Of a DNA stretch of 64,000 nucleotides, positions 9,920-19,230 are shown piece by piece. The notes under the pieces were generated by a model. The model was not told the DNA's origin. It did no database searches and saw only the letters and a program-made list of their open reading frames with translations. Origin of the DNA: a candidate division WWE3 bacterium (lineage in GTDB: Bacteria > Patescibacteriota > 4484-211 > GCA-002791395); the NCBI GenBank assembly GCA_020429745.1, contig JAGQKZ010000001.1, positions 4,572-68,571 of the forward strand. The letters are read 5' to 3'. How positions within the stretch are numbered: position 1 is the first letter of the stretch; every line of letters starts with the position of its first letter. The translations under genes and the position numbers were made by a program.

Positions 9920-10904
9920 GTTTGGTTACCTGTAAGTTAGACTCGTCAACGATCTTTTGCAAGAGTGTAAAATCTTTCACACCGTTTGTCGCACCAACAA
10001 CCTGTATCGCACTCACCGCCTGCGCAATACCAAACTTGATCGCCTCCTTAGGATCGATCTCATGAGTAAGCGCGATCAGATAGCCCGATGCAAACGCGTC
10101 ACCTGCCCCTGTTGCATCAACGATCTTTGTCGGAATCGTAGGAACATGATAATAAAGGTCGGGTCGATCAGCAAAGTACGCACCCGATCTTCCGTCGGTG
10201 ATGACAACTCTGGTTACACCTTGTTTGATGTATTGCATAAGCAGATAACCGACATCACGTAGGCGATCTTCTTCAACACCGCTCGTACTTCGCATGTTCG
10301 TTATCCCCTCCTGCAGATTAACGATAAACGTATGCGACCGAAGTATTACGTCCTTGATCGCATCGAAACCGGCCTCGATCTCGGTGTTGCCCGGGTTGTA
10401 CAGAATCTGCGTCGCGTCATGGTCTTTATGCCACGAAAGCAAACCTTCGTGAAATGCGGAGAACGATGAAAAGCCCAGCGAACTCAGGTAAAGATAATCG
10501 ACATCACCTAAACTCTGCGGGAATGGGTACTGCTCCTTCCCATGAAACGACAGGATCGTACGGTCTTCGTCGTAATAAAGAATCACCGAACTGTCCGACT
10601 CACCGAATCTCCCAGTAAACGTCAGGTCGAACCCTTTCTTTTGCAGATCGTTGTGAATAATATTACCGAGCGTATCTTCTCCTGTACGTGACACCAAAGA
10701 TATCTCATGCCCGTCTTGCATCAGGCCAACACCAACGTTTACGGCATTACCACCAAGGCTCATGATGCGTTTTTTTATGTACATCTTCTCCGGGAAAGGC
10801 ACGCAAAGCTCAAGATCGTACTGCCCTTTTTTTTGCAGATGTCCCTCTGTTAATTCAAAAAAGATGTCGATGGTGGAGTGACCAACCGATGCTATTCTTG
10901 CCAT
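9903..10904 (-). CDS. PfkB-family carbohydrate kinase (ribokinase-like)
   Basis: DATGAGDAFASGYL anion-hole/ATP motif, GG dipeptide region; sits in pentose-phosphate cluster. Confidence 0.85.
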   Translation of the reverse strand: MARIASVGHSTIDIFFELTEGHLQKKGQYDLELCVPFPEKMYIKKRIMSLGGNAVNVGVGLMQDGHEISLVSRTGEDTLGNIIHNDLQKKGFDLTFTGRFGESDSSVILYYDEDRTILSFHGKEQYPFPQSLGDVDYLYLSSLGFSSFSAFHEGLLSWHKDHDATQILYNPGNTEIEAGFDAIKDVILRSHTFIVNLQEGITNMRSTSGVEEDRLRDVGYLLMQYIKQGVTRVVITDGRSGAYFADRPDLYYHVPTIPTKIVDATGAGDAFASGYLIALTHEIDPKEAIKFGIAQAVSAIQVVGATNGVKDFTLLQKIVDESNLQVTKHEVEV

Positions 10905-10906
10905 AC

Positions 10907-11878
10907 TTAATTTTTACCACGTCTTGCTAAAATCTCTTTTACATTTTTGATGATCGCATAACTATCCATCTCGTACTCGGCATAAAGCTCATTCACGCGG
11001 CCGGATTGTCCGAATCGATCCTGCACGCCAACGCGGCGAATCAGCACAGGGTGCGACTCCGACAAAAACTCCGCAACGGCACCGCCTAACCCGCCGGCGA
11101 TCTGATGATCCTCAACCGTAACCACACAACCGGTTTTTCGCACAGAGTTTAACAAGGACGTCGTATCAAGTGGTTTGACGGTTGGCATATGCAAAACCTC
11201 AACCGACGTCTCCTCCATCGCCAACGCCTGCGCCGCGAGCAAAGCCTCGTAGGTTATCGTACCGGTACTCACTATCGTAACGTCGCTGCCCTCGCGCAAC
11301 AACAACGCCTCACCTATCTCGAACGGAGTTTCGGTCGTAGTAAACTTCGGCGTTTTGTCACGGCTAAGACGAAGATAAATCGGACCTGGATGACCTATGG
11401 CCGCCATCGTAGCCTTACGCGCCTCCTCATAATCACCCGGAGCCAGGACGGTCATGTTGGGCAGCACGCGCATTAGCGCGATATCTTCAAGCGCTTGGTG
11501 TGTCGCCCCGTCCGGCCCAACACTCAAACCACCGTGCGAGCCGATTATCTTTACCGGCTGATCGTTGTAACTTATCGTTGTCCTCATCTGCTCCCAGTTC
11601 CTCCCCGGCGAAAATGCTGCATACGATGTAGCAAACGCAATCTTTCCTGCCGCAGCTAGTCCTGAGGCCACGGCCACAAGATTCTGTTCCGCGACACCGA
11701 CATCAAGGAATCGGTCAGGAAACTCCTTGGCAAACTTTTCAACCCGCGTTGATTCTGAAAGATCCGCTGTTGCGACAACTATGTTTTTGTTAAGACGCCC
11801 CGCCTCAACGAGTGCATCCCCGAACCCATCACGATTCGATGCTAAATCTTCTGCAGGAAAGTTTATTTTTTCATTCAT
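10907..11878 (-). CDS. tktB: Transketolase, C-terminal (pyrimidine-binding) subunit
   Basis: Split transketolase arrangement; ATADLSESTRV...GVAEQNLV motifs. Confidence 0.9.
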   Translation of the reverse strand: MNEKINFPAEDLASNRDGFGDALVEAGRLNKNIVVATADLSESTRVEKFAKEFPDRFLDVGVAEQNLVAVASGLAAAGKIAFATSYAAFSPGRNWEQMRTTISYNDQPVKIIGSHGGLSVGPDGATHQALEDIALMRVLPNMTVLAPGDYEEARKATMAAIGHPGPIYLRLSRDKTPKFTTTETPFEIGEALLLREGSDVTIVSTGTITYEALLAAQALAMEETSVEVLHMPTVKPLDTTSLLNSVRKTGCVVTVEDHQIAGGLGGAVAEFLSESHPVLIRRVGVQDRFGQSGRVNELYAEYEMDSYAIIKNVKEILARRGKN

Positions 11879-11893
11879 AATTCAACCTGTAAC

Positions 11894-12757
11894 TTAATCA
11901 TACTCCGCCTCGATCTTCCCTTGTAGCGTTCTCAACTCGCGCAACGCCTCTATCGCCTCACCCACGTTTGGTGATTTTCCGTGCCACTCAGGTAGATTCT
12001 CCATGTACTCGATATCTTTTCCCGGGATAGTTCGGGCAACGATTACTGTTGGTCGGTCAGCAACGGACGACGCCTCATCGCATGCGTCTTTAATCGCTCC
12101 ATAATCGTGCCCATCGATCTCAATCACGTGCCAGTTAAACGCCTCATACTTAGTTGCCAAAGAATTGAGAGGCATGACATCCTCGGTGTAACCATCTATC
12201 TGAATGTTGTTACGATCAATTATCGCCGTGAGATTATTAAGCTTATACTTTGCTGCAAACATAACAGCCTCCCACGTATTGCCCTCATCGTGCTCGCCGT
12301 CACTTAGAAGACAGTACACACGCCATTTTGCACCGTCAAGTCTTGCCGCATACGCCATCCCGCTAGCCTGACTCAAACCGCTACCAAGTGGACCGGAAGT
12401 GGTTTCAACTCCGGGTAAATTTTCACGATGTGGGTGACCTTGTAAGCGCGAACGAAAATCACGCAGCGTTGTTAGTTCATCAAGCGGAAGATAACCCGCG
12501 CGTGCGAGCGTTGCGTAAAGGACAGGACAGATATGACCGTTTGACAAAACCAATCGGTCACGCTCCTCCCAAAGTGGATTCTGAGGATCATGTCGTAAAA
12601 CATCGCCAAAGTACAAGGTGGCAAAAATATCGGCCATGCCGAGCGAACCGGCGCTATGTCCACTTCCCGCTTCCACCAGCATCTTAACGATATCTTCCCG
12701 AATAAGCGTTGCCATGTCAGCAAGCTCAATCTGTTTTTTCTCCGTAATAGATTCCAT
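11894..12757 (-). CDS. tktA: Transketolase, N-terminal (TPP-binding) subunit
   Basis: GSGHSAGSLGMADIFATLYF, SNGH, DGEHDEGNTWEA TPP-binding motifs. Confidence 0.9.
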   Translation of the reverse strand: MESITEKKQIELADMATLIREDIVKMLVEAGSGHSAGSLGMADIFATLYFGDVLRHDPQNPLWEERDRLVLSNGHICPVLYATLARAGYLPLDELTTLRDFRSRLQGHPHRENLPGVETTSGPLGSGLSQASGMAYAARLDGAKWRVYCLLSDGEHDEGNTWEAVMFAAKYKLNNLTAIIDRNNIQIDGYTEDVMPLNSLATKYEAFNWHVIEIDGHDYGAIKDACDEASSVADRPTVIVARTIPGKDIEYMENLPEWHGKSPNVGEAIEALRELRTLQGKIEAEYD

Positions 12758-12818
12758 TGTTAATTACGAATATCTTAACTATTCGGAGGAGATTTTACAA
12801 TTGGAGAAGCCACAACAC

Positions 12819-14294
12819 TCATTCTTTAGTCCCAGAAACGACGCCATTCACATTTGTTCGTTTACTTTCTACAAAGACTATAAACAGGGATAGCAGCAAC
12901 ACCGCAACGGATATTATGGCGACGCCGATCCATGTTTTCTGTGTTGGTGGGAAGAAACGTGGCCAATAATCTATTACATAATGAAGTCTGCCTCCCAAAC
13001 CGCGGAAGAGGTCATTGGTTTCCGTTAGAACGTACATATAAGAAACCGCCATCGGCAACAGTAGGGTCATCAAAGTTCCCACTCCCACTAATAGCAATAC
13101 AATCGCCCATGAAACAACCTTTTTAATGTTTATAAACAACGCCGCAAAGGAGACACTATACACCGGCAATAAAGGAACCATATATCTTGGTGCCGGAGAG
13201 TAACCGCCCAGCCAATCTTCGTACGTCATATTAATTATGAAGAATATAAAGGAGGTAATAACGATACCCCAGAACAACTCCTTCTTTTTTTGGTAAAGCG
13301 CCGCGAAACCTAGCACCACAAGAACAAATACCGGCATTACGATTATTATGCCATGACTTTGGTCAAAGAGGTTGCCAAGAATACCTACGATAGGACTGAC
13401 CGTAAATACCGTCTTTACATCGCCAATCATAGCTGTAAAACTGAACTTCCCAAACAAGAAGAGGTTCATCACTAACAGTAACAAAACGGAGAGACCATAA
13501 GGAATTGTCAAAAGATAAACACGAAGGTCCTTAAGTAATAAAGCCAAACGGTATTTATGTTGTTTAAATATCTTCCACATCGCCCATAAGAGTAGAAGCC
13601 CTGTGAGCGTTATGGTCTTCTGGTGCATAAAAAACACTCCTGCCAACGTGAAAGAGATCAAGGTTACGTTTCGTCTGCTCAGTTCCTTCAGGTAGATTAG
13701 ATATACCGCAAGGACGTATCCCCACCCCTCTAATATATCTGGGTATACTAAGTGAGAATAGATAACCAGTGGCTGGCTCAGAGCAAAAATCGCCGTGGTC
13801 AATAGCGCCACCCAATCAATTCCAAACACACCTTTTATAAACTTATACATCACAACTACGCCCAGAGCAGACAATAGCGCAAGTTCTAAGGCTACAAAAA
13901 GTTGGACCTTTCCAAGAACGAGCCCAATCGCTACAGCCGGGGCAATCAACATCGAGAAGAAATAGGCATGCACTGAGTATCTTCCCCCTAATCCCGCGTT
14001 ACTCTGGGCTTCTAGCTTGGCGTAGTGAAAAGGCAGGTAATCTTCTCCTTCAATGGTTGGTGTAAGGTCGAACGTATGGTATTTGACGAGACTAATCGTT
14101 TGAATTACATAATGAGGCTCATCGCCAAATAACCAACTCACGCGTGTATTCCAAACCGCATACGAAGCAAACAAAAGTAAACTTAAGAGGAAGACAATAA
14201 CACTAACTTTGCGAGCATTCAACCACTTGAGAATATTTGACCTTTCAAGGTCTGCAAATAATAACTTTGTTAGCACTGACATTGCTATACTCAA
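12819..14294 (-). CDS. Polytopic membrane protein, probable GT-C fold glycosyltransferase (ArnT/PMT-like)
   Basis: About 12 TM helices; FGDEPHY acidic motif in first loop typical of GT-C enzymes; 4-nt overlap with flanking genes. Confidence 0.45.
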   Translation of the reverse strand: MSIAMSVLTKLLFADLERSNILKWLNARKVSVIVFLLSLLLFASYAVWNTRVSWLFGDEPHYVIQTISLVKYHTFDLTPTIEGEDYLPFHYAKLEAQSNAGLGGRYSVHAYFFSMLIAPAVAIGLVLGKVQLFVALELALLSALGVVVMYKFIKGVFGIDWVALLTTAIFALSQPLVIYSHLVYPDILEGWGYVLAVYLIYLKELSRRNVTLISFTLAGVFFMHQKTITLTGLLLLWAMWKIFKQHKYRLALLLKDLRVYLLTIPYGLSVLLLLVMNLFLFGKFSFTAMIGDVKTVFTVSPIVGILGNLFDQSHGIIIVMPVFVLVVLGFAALYQKKKELFWGIVITSFIFFIINMTYEDWLGGYSPAPRYMVPLLPVYSVSFAALFINIKKVVSWAIVLLLVGVGTLMTLLLPMAVSYMYVLTETNDLFRGLGGRLHYVIDYWPRFFPPTQKTWIGVAIISVAVLLLSLFIVFVESKRTNVNGVVSGTKE

Positions 14295-14851
14295 AGAGCT
14301 TGAATGGCTTTGACCTTCTCGACGACTTCAATAGGCGAATCGACGATGTGGTAAACCTTCAACTCTTCACCACGCAGGCGCATATTTTCACCAAACGCTT
14401 CAATAATATCGTGCCACCAACTACCAAATAGAATTAGGTGTTTGTGTTGTCCGTAATGAAGCCGCGCTAATCCCCATGCCATACCGAACTCTGATATGGT
14501 ACCGGTCCCACCGTTCATCACAACATAGACGTCGCCGAGCTCGATGAGTTTCAACGTACGTTCGAGGTATGTCGTGGTCTGGTATTCATCATCTATCGGA
14601 TTTAATTCATCACGTCCTTCAAACTTAAGCATCTCATCACTGCCATCAGGATAGAGCGTGACACCTATCGTTTTGCCACCACCCGCCTTAGCACCAAGAC
14701 TCGCAGCCCGCATGACGCCGGGTCCACCACCGTTAACAACAACGAATCCCTCTTGTGCCAAGAGTTTTGCACTTTCGAAAGCGTTAGTGTACTCTTCGTC
14801 CGACTCTTGAGAGTCTGCATAACCAAAAAATGTAACCTTACTTATATTCAT
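14291..14851 (-). CDS. LOG-family Rossmann-fold protein (cytokinin riboside 5'-monophosphate phosphoribohydrolase-like, TIGR00730)
   Basis: GGGPGVMRAASLGA and GGTGTISEFGMAW motifs. Confidence 0.8.
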   Translation of the reverse strand: MNISKVTFFGYADSQESDEEYTNAFESAKLLAQEGFVVVNGGGPGVMRAASLGAKAGGGKTIGVTLYPDGSDEMLKFEGRDELNPIDDEYQTTTYLERTLKLIELGDVYVVMNGGTGTISEFGMAWGLARLHYGQHKHLILFGSWWHDIIEAFGENMRLRGEELKVYHIVDSPIEVVEKVKAIQAL

Positions 14852-15489
14852 GTTATTAACTTCACCAGCTCCTCGTACGACTCACGTGGATCGTCATCGC
14901 CAAAGATATCACTGCCCACGGCAAAAAGATTTGCGCCGGCGTCCAGAACCTTACTAATAGTATCATGATTTACCCCACCGTCTACCTCGATGTTTAAATT
15001 CGGGTAACGTTCTCGCAGTCCTTTGATCTTGGGAAGAACCATATCATCAAACGGGGCTTTTTGTACCCCGACCTCATGTGCCATGAGCAAAACAACGTCA
15101 AGACCATCAACGATCGAATGATCAAGATCCTCAAGCGGAGTTGTAAGTTTAAGTGCTAGACCAACTTCAATTCCAAGCCCTGTGACCGCCGCGACAAACT
15201 CCTGTTGATCCTCCATCTCTTCAATGTGACCGATTATCCGATCCGCCCCCGCCTTGTACCAATCCTTAACCTGCATAATCGGCTCTTCCACCATCAGATG
15301 AACCTCCAAAGCGGTGAGAAACTCTACCTCGCGAATGAGCTTCGCTTCACAACATGTCAGCTCAGGTGCGAAGTAGCCATCCACGTAATCAACCTGCACG
15401 TAATCGACAAACGACTCTACACGCGACACTTGTTCTTCCAGTGACTCGATAGTATCAGTTAAAACTGTTGGTATTACCTTCTTATCCAT
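14848..15489 (-). CDS. rpe: Ribulose-phosphate 3-epimerase (start taken at internal MDKKVIP; ORF could extend to 15552)
   Basis: HLMV, VDGG, GSDIF motifs of Rpe TIM barrel; ATGA overlap with LOG gene. Confidence 0.8.
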   Translation of the reverse strand: MDKKVIPTVLTDTIESLEEQVSRVESFVDYVQVDYVDGYFAPELTCCEAKLIREVEFLTALEVHLMVEEPIMQVKDWYKAGADRIIGHIEEMEDQQEFVAAVTGLGIEVGLALKLTTPLEDLDHSIVDGLDVVLLMAHEVGVQKAPFDDMVLPKIKGLRERYPNLNIEVDGGVNHDTISKVLDAGANLFAVGSDIFGDDDPRESYEELVKLIT

Positions 15490-15946
15490 CTTTTCCCCCT
15501 TCAAGCTGGCGCAACTCATCCAGGCGTCGTTGATGCGCCGGTAGATTATCATACGCCGTTACTAAAAACATCTCAACCACGTTACGTGCATGCACAAGGC
15601 TCGTAAAATCAGACGGCAACGCCAACACATTTATGTCGTCAGCAGAACGTGCCTCCTTCACTTGATCGACGTTAAAACCTAACCCGGCGCGAATACCTAT
15701 GAAGCGATTGGCCACGATCGACATCCCAACCCCAGAACCACAGATCAAGACACCAAACGACGTATCCGGGTTAGTTTGCATATGCTCAACCAATTTGATT
15801 GCGTATACAACGTAGTCATCGGTCGGACTATAAACCTCTGGACCGAGGTCGACCCATTCGACCCCACCCTCAACGTTGTAAAACTGAGTCATGAGATCAG
15901 TCTTCAAAGAAAAACCTCTATGGTCTGATGCAATTGCAACTTTCAT
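15482..15946 (-). CDS. rpiB: Ribose-5-phosphate isomerase B
   Basis: MKVAIASDHRGF...GVLICGSGVGMSIVANRF. Confidence 0.9.
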   Translation of the reverse strand: MKVAIASDHRGFSLKTDLMTQFYNVEGGVEWVDLGPEVYSPTDDYVVYAIKLVEHMQTNPDTSFGVLICGSGVGMSIVANRFIGIRAGLGFNVDQVKEARSADDINVLALPSDFTSLVHARNVVEMFLVTAYDNLPAHQRRLDELRQLEGGKDG

Positions 15947-15956
15947 ATTTTAGTAG

Positions 15957-16196
15957 TTAATAAACTCCGGTCGGGGCAGGGGTCGGCGAAACAGGCACAC
16001 AGTAGAGCATACTACCAGACATCAACTCTGTCACTTTTCGTTGTTCGTCAAACAACATGTACGCTAACAAGCTAATTATGACCACCATAAGCATCACTAG
16101 AAGCATTAAGGCAGTAGTAAGGTTAAACTCACTGGATGATTTTTTTGTTGACGCCATACTTACTCCACAATACTTTACCCCGGTTTCGTCTGTCAA
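15957..16196 (-). CDS. Small membrane protein with PT-rich tail (uncertain)
   Basis: 79-aa ORF with one TM helix; weak evidence. Confidence 0.3.
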   Translation of the reverse strand: MTDETGVKYCGVSMASTKKSSSEFNLTTALMLLVMLMVVIISLLAYMLFDEQRKVTELMSGSMLYCVPVSPTPAPTGVY

Positions 16197-16264
16197 GCGT
16201 AACGGTCTTATTTTCTCGAGTGACAGCAGATGAAGAAGTCTGGTAATCTTTACTCAAGACAATT

Positions 16265-17230
16265 ATGCCTATCGCCCTGATTAACATTGCCCTACTAGCT
16301 CTCGGTGCGTACATGCTTGTGCGCTCAGCGACCCTGCTTGTGCAGGCGATCTCGGTTATTAGCCACTACTTTGGCTTCTCTGAATTTACAACCGCCTTTA
16401 TCTTAATGGGTGTCGTGACCTCGATACCCGAGATTGCGGTATCTGTGGGCGCCGCTTTCACAAACGCACCTCAATTAGCGTTGGGAACAGCCCTCGGCAG
16501 CAACCTAACCGACCTAACGCTCGTCATCGCGATACCAATACTAGTCGCCGGTGGGATTAAGGTGCGCTCACTGATTGCGCGTAAAGACATCCTCTATATG
16601 GCAATCTATTCATTGATACCGATCGTGATGTTGCTTGACGGCACAATATCGCGCACAGATGCCGTTATCCTTTTAGTGTTTTACGCGTTCTATCTTTTCC
16701 GGTTACTCTCACAACGCTCGCATTTCTCTGGTAACGGCATACACGTAAGCCACAAGGCTGCCCTCAAGTTCGGCGGAGTTTTTGTGCTCGCCACCATCGC
16801 CCTCTTTGCCTCGAGCCAGCTAATCGTCTACAGTTCCACCCAGTTAGCAAGTGCACTCAACATTCCGATTCTTCTCGTTGGACTGATCATTGTCTCTGCA
16901 GGTACCTCTCTGCCAGAATTGGCGCATGGCCTAAAATCGGTGACACTACATCACGATCGCCAAGTTATCGGAGACATATTAGGCTCTGTGGTCGCTAACT
17001 CAACGGTCGTCATTGCAGTAAGCGCCATTATCACGCCGATCGTCGTAGGTGACATCAACGAGATATTTGTCACCTTGGTTCTATTTCTCATTGTCTTGGC
17101 ATTGTTTGTGATCGGTTCGCATATAGACAAAAAGATCTCGATCAAGGAGGCGCTTGTCTTAATCGGTTTATACATAGTGTTTTTACTAAGCGAGTTCATT
17201 CTCGAGTTTGCGCGCAGTAGTGTGTTCTAG
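16265..17230 (+). CDS. Na+/Ca2+ exchanger (CaCA/YrbG family) membrane protein
   Basis: Two alpha-repeat motifs GTSIPE/GTSLPELA, about 10 TM. Confidence 0.8.
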   Translation: MPIALINIALLALGAYMLVRSATLLVQAISVISHYFGFSEFTTAFILMGVVTSIPEIAVSVGAAFTNAPQLALGTALGSNLTDLTLVIAIPILVAGGIKVRSLIARKDILYMAIYSLIPIVMLLDGTISRTDAVILLVFYAFYLFRLLSQRSHFSGNGIHVSHKAALKFGGVFVLATIALFASSQLIVYSSTQLASALNIPILLVGLIIVSAGTSLPELAHGLKSVTLHHDRQVIGDILGSVVANSTVVIAVSAIITPIVVGDINEIFVTLVLFLIVLALFVIGSHIDKKISIKEALVLIGLYIVFLLSEFILEFARSSVF

Positions 17231-17262
17231 AATATGCATCCTTTTATGTATAAAATAAGATC

Positions 17263-18567
17263 ATGAAGGTTCAATCAAAGGCTTACGTCACCATTAAACA
17301 AGACAAGCTGGATAATTATCTATCGGTCCTCAGCCCGTACGTTAGCTACCTTAAGGATCTTTTTGAGAATCACGACTGGAAGCGTCCGGAGAGCTCCATA
17401 CTGCTGCCTTCTGATGAGTCCGAGTTAAGACGAGTGAAGTTGATCCTAGAAAAGATCGACACCAATAGTCTCCAGCACCACATCGTCATCGGGATCGGCG
17501 GATCGTATTTTGGTCCCAAAGCGATATACGATGCTTTAGGAGGAACCTTTGACGTTGCCACTCCGGAACATCTACCAAAAACCATCTTCGTTGACACGTG
17601 CGATCCTACAATGCTCAGGGATCTGCACCGACTATTGTCAGGTTATAAAGACTTTCCTGAAGGTGTTCTGGTAACGGTGATATCAAAGTCCGGTACGACC
17701 ACCGAGACTATCGTCAACCTGGAAGTTTTGTTATCGTCGTTTGATTTTTTGCACAATAGGTTGCTCGTTGTGTCCGGAGAAAGCTCATTGCTCTCCAAGA
17801 TGGCTGTTAGCAAAAGCATTCCACTGCTTACGATACCTGACCATATTGGCGGTCGCTACTCGGTACTCTCTGCGGTCGGACTGTTACCACTTTACGTAGC
17901 CGGAATCGACGTTGCAGAGTTAATGCGAGGTGCCGACACGCAGGTACAGCAGACGCTGACTTACGAGCTAACAAAGACACCCGCCTTTCTCTCTGCCGCC
18001 GTCATCTTCGATCACCTGAGCAGAGGTTTTAACATTCACAACACCTTCGTGTTTCACCCTGAGCTTGAAACGTTCGGCAAGTGGTATAGGCAGCTAATGG
18101 GCGAAAGCATCGGCAAACTACACGACCTAAACGGTCAGGAAGTGCACGCCGGCATGACGCCAACGGTATCGGTAGGATCGACCGATCTGCACTCTGTAGT
18201 CCAGCTCTACTTAGGCGGGCCCCGCGACAAGCTAACGACATTTCTATCGACATCGCAAGAGGCAGCTGCGATACGCGTCCCCTGGGATCTCTTCTTCCCC
18301 AACCTCGTTGAAGACATCGAGGGCAAGTCGGCTTTTGAAATAATACACGCGATACTCAAAGGCACACAGAAGGCCTACGACAATGAGGGTCTCCCTTATA
18401 TCGACATTGAGCTAAATAAGATCTCTGAGTTTGAACTGGGCGAACTATGTCAGTTCAAGATGTTTGAGATGATGTTCTTGGCAAAACTTCTTAATCTAAA
18501 CGCGTTTGACCAACCACAGGTAGAACTGTACAAACAAGAGACGCGCGAACTTCTCAAGACCTTTTAA
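17263..18567 (+). CDS. pgi: Glucose-6-phosphate isomerase
   Basis: IGIGGSYFGPKA SIS motif, GGRYSVLSAVGLLP, catalytic region. Confidence 0.85.
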   Translation: MKVQSKAYVTIKQDKLDNYLSVLSPYVSYLKDLFENHDWKRPESSILLPSDESELRRVKLILEKIDTNSLQHHIVIGIGGSYFGPKAIYDALGGTFDVATPEHLPKTIFVDTCDPTMLRDLHRLLSGYKDFPEGVLVTVISKSGTTTETIVNLEVLLSSFDFLHNRLLVVSGESSLLSKMAVSKSIPLLTIPDHIGGRYSVLSAVGLLPLYVAGIDVAELMRGADTQVQQTLTYELTKTPAFLSAAVIFDHLSRGFNIHNTFVFHPELETFGKWYRQLMGESIGKLHDLNGQEVHAGMTPTVSVGSTDLHSVVQLYLGGPRDKLTTFLSTSQEAAAIRVPWDLFFPNLVEDIEGKSAFEIIHAILKGTQKAYDNEGLPYIDIELNKISEFELGELCQFKMFEMMFLAKLLNLNAFDQPQVELYKQETRELLKTF

Positions 18568-18582
18568 AGGGAACTGATTAGA

Positions 18583-19230
18583 TCAATCCTTCACAACACC
18601 GACACGATCGATTGGCCAATAGCGAAACAACACGACACCAACGATCTCTTTTTTAGTAACGGTGCCCCAACTACGCGAGTCGCTACTCACAGGACGATTA
18701 TCGCCCATCACCAAATACTCATCTGGTAGGAGCTTGTACGGACTGCCGTCGTGCAAAAACATCTGACCCGTCGTCATAACACCCGTTGCAAGGTAGGGTT
18801 CGCTTAGCACATCTCCGTTAATGTAGACATCACCATTTTGAATCTCGATCGTCTCGCCGGGTAATGCGACCACACGCTTTATCAACGGTTCCGAGTACTG
18901 TGGACTTTTCACAACTACAACATCGCCTCGGCTGACATCGGTAAAGTATAACGACACCTTCTCCGTGATAACCCGATCACCGGTATAAAACGTGGGCTGC
19001 ATGCTTGCACCACGCACCTCGTTCGTTTGCGCGATAAAGAAGTAAAAGACGAAGAAAACACCAACAGCAGTCAGAAAATTGAAGGCGATCTCAAACAACA
19101 CGCCGAGACCTTTTGATTTTTTAGTGGTTGGAACAGGTGTTGCCAACTGATCCTGTTCTGATTTAACCTCTTGTTGCTGATTCACCCGACTAGTATACCA
19201 CCTATAGAACAAGCGCCACACCAAGACCAA
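18583..19230 (-). CDS. lepB: Signal peptidase I (S26)
   Basis: GASMQPTF (Ser) and GDNRPVSSDSRSWG (Lys box region) motifs; N-terminal TM. Confidence 0.85.
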   Translation of the reverse strand: MVLVWRLFYRWYTSRVNQQQEVKSEQDQLATPVPTTKKSKGLGVLFEIAFNFLTAVGVFFVFYFFIAQTNEVRGASMQPTFYTGDRVITEKVSLYFTDVSRGDVVVVKSPQYSEPLIKRVVALPGETIEIQNGDVYINGDVLSEPYLATGVMTTGQMFLHDGSPYKLLPDEYLVMGDNRPVSSDSRSWGTVTKKEIVGVVLFRYWPIDRVGVVKD

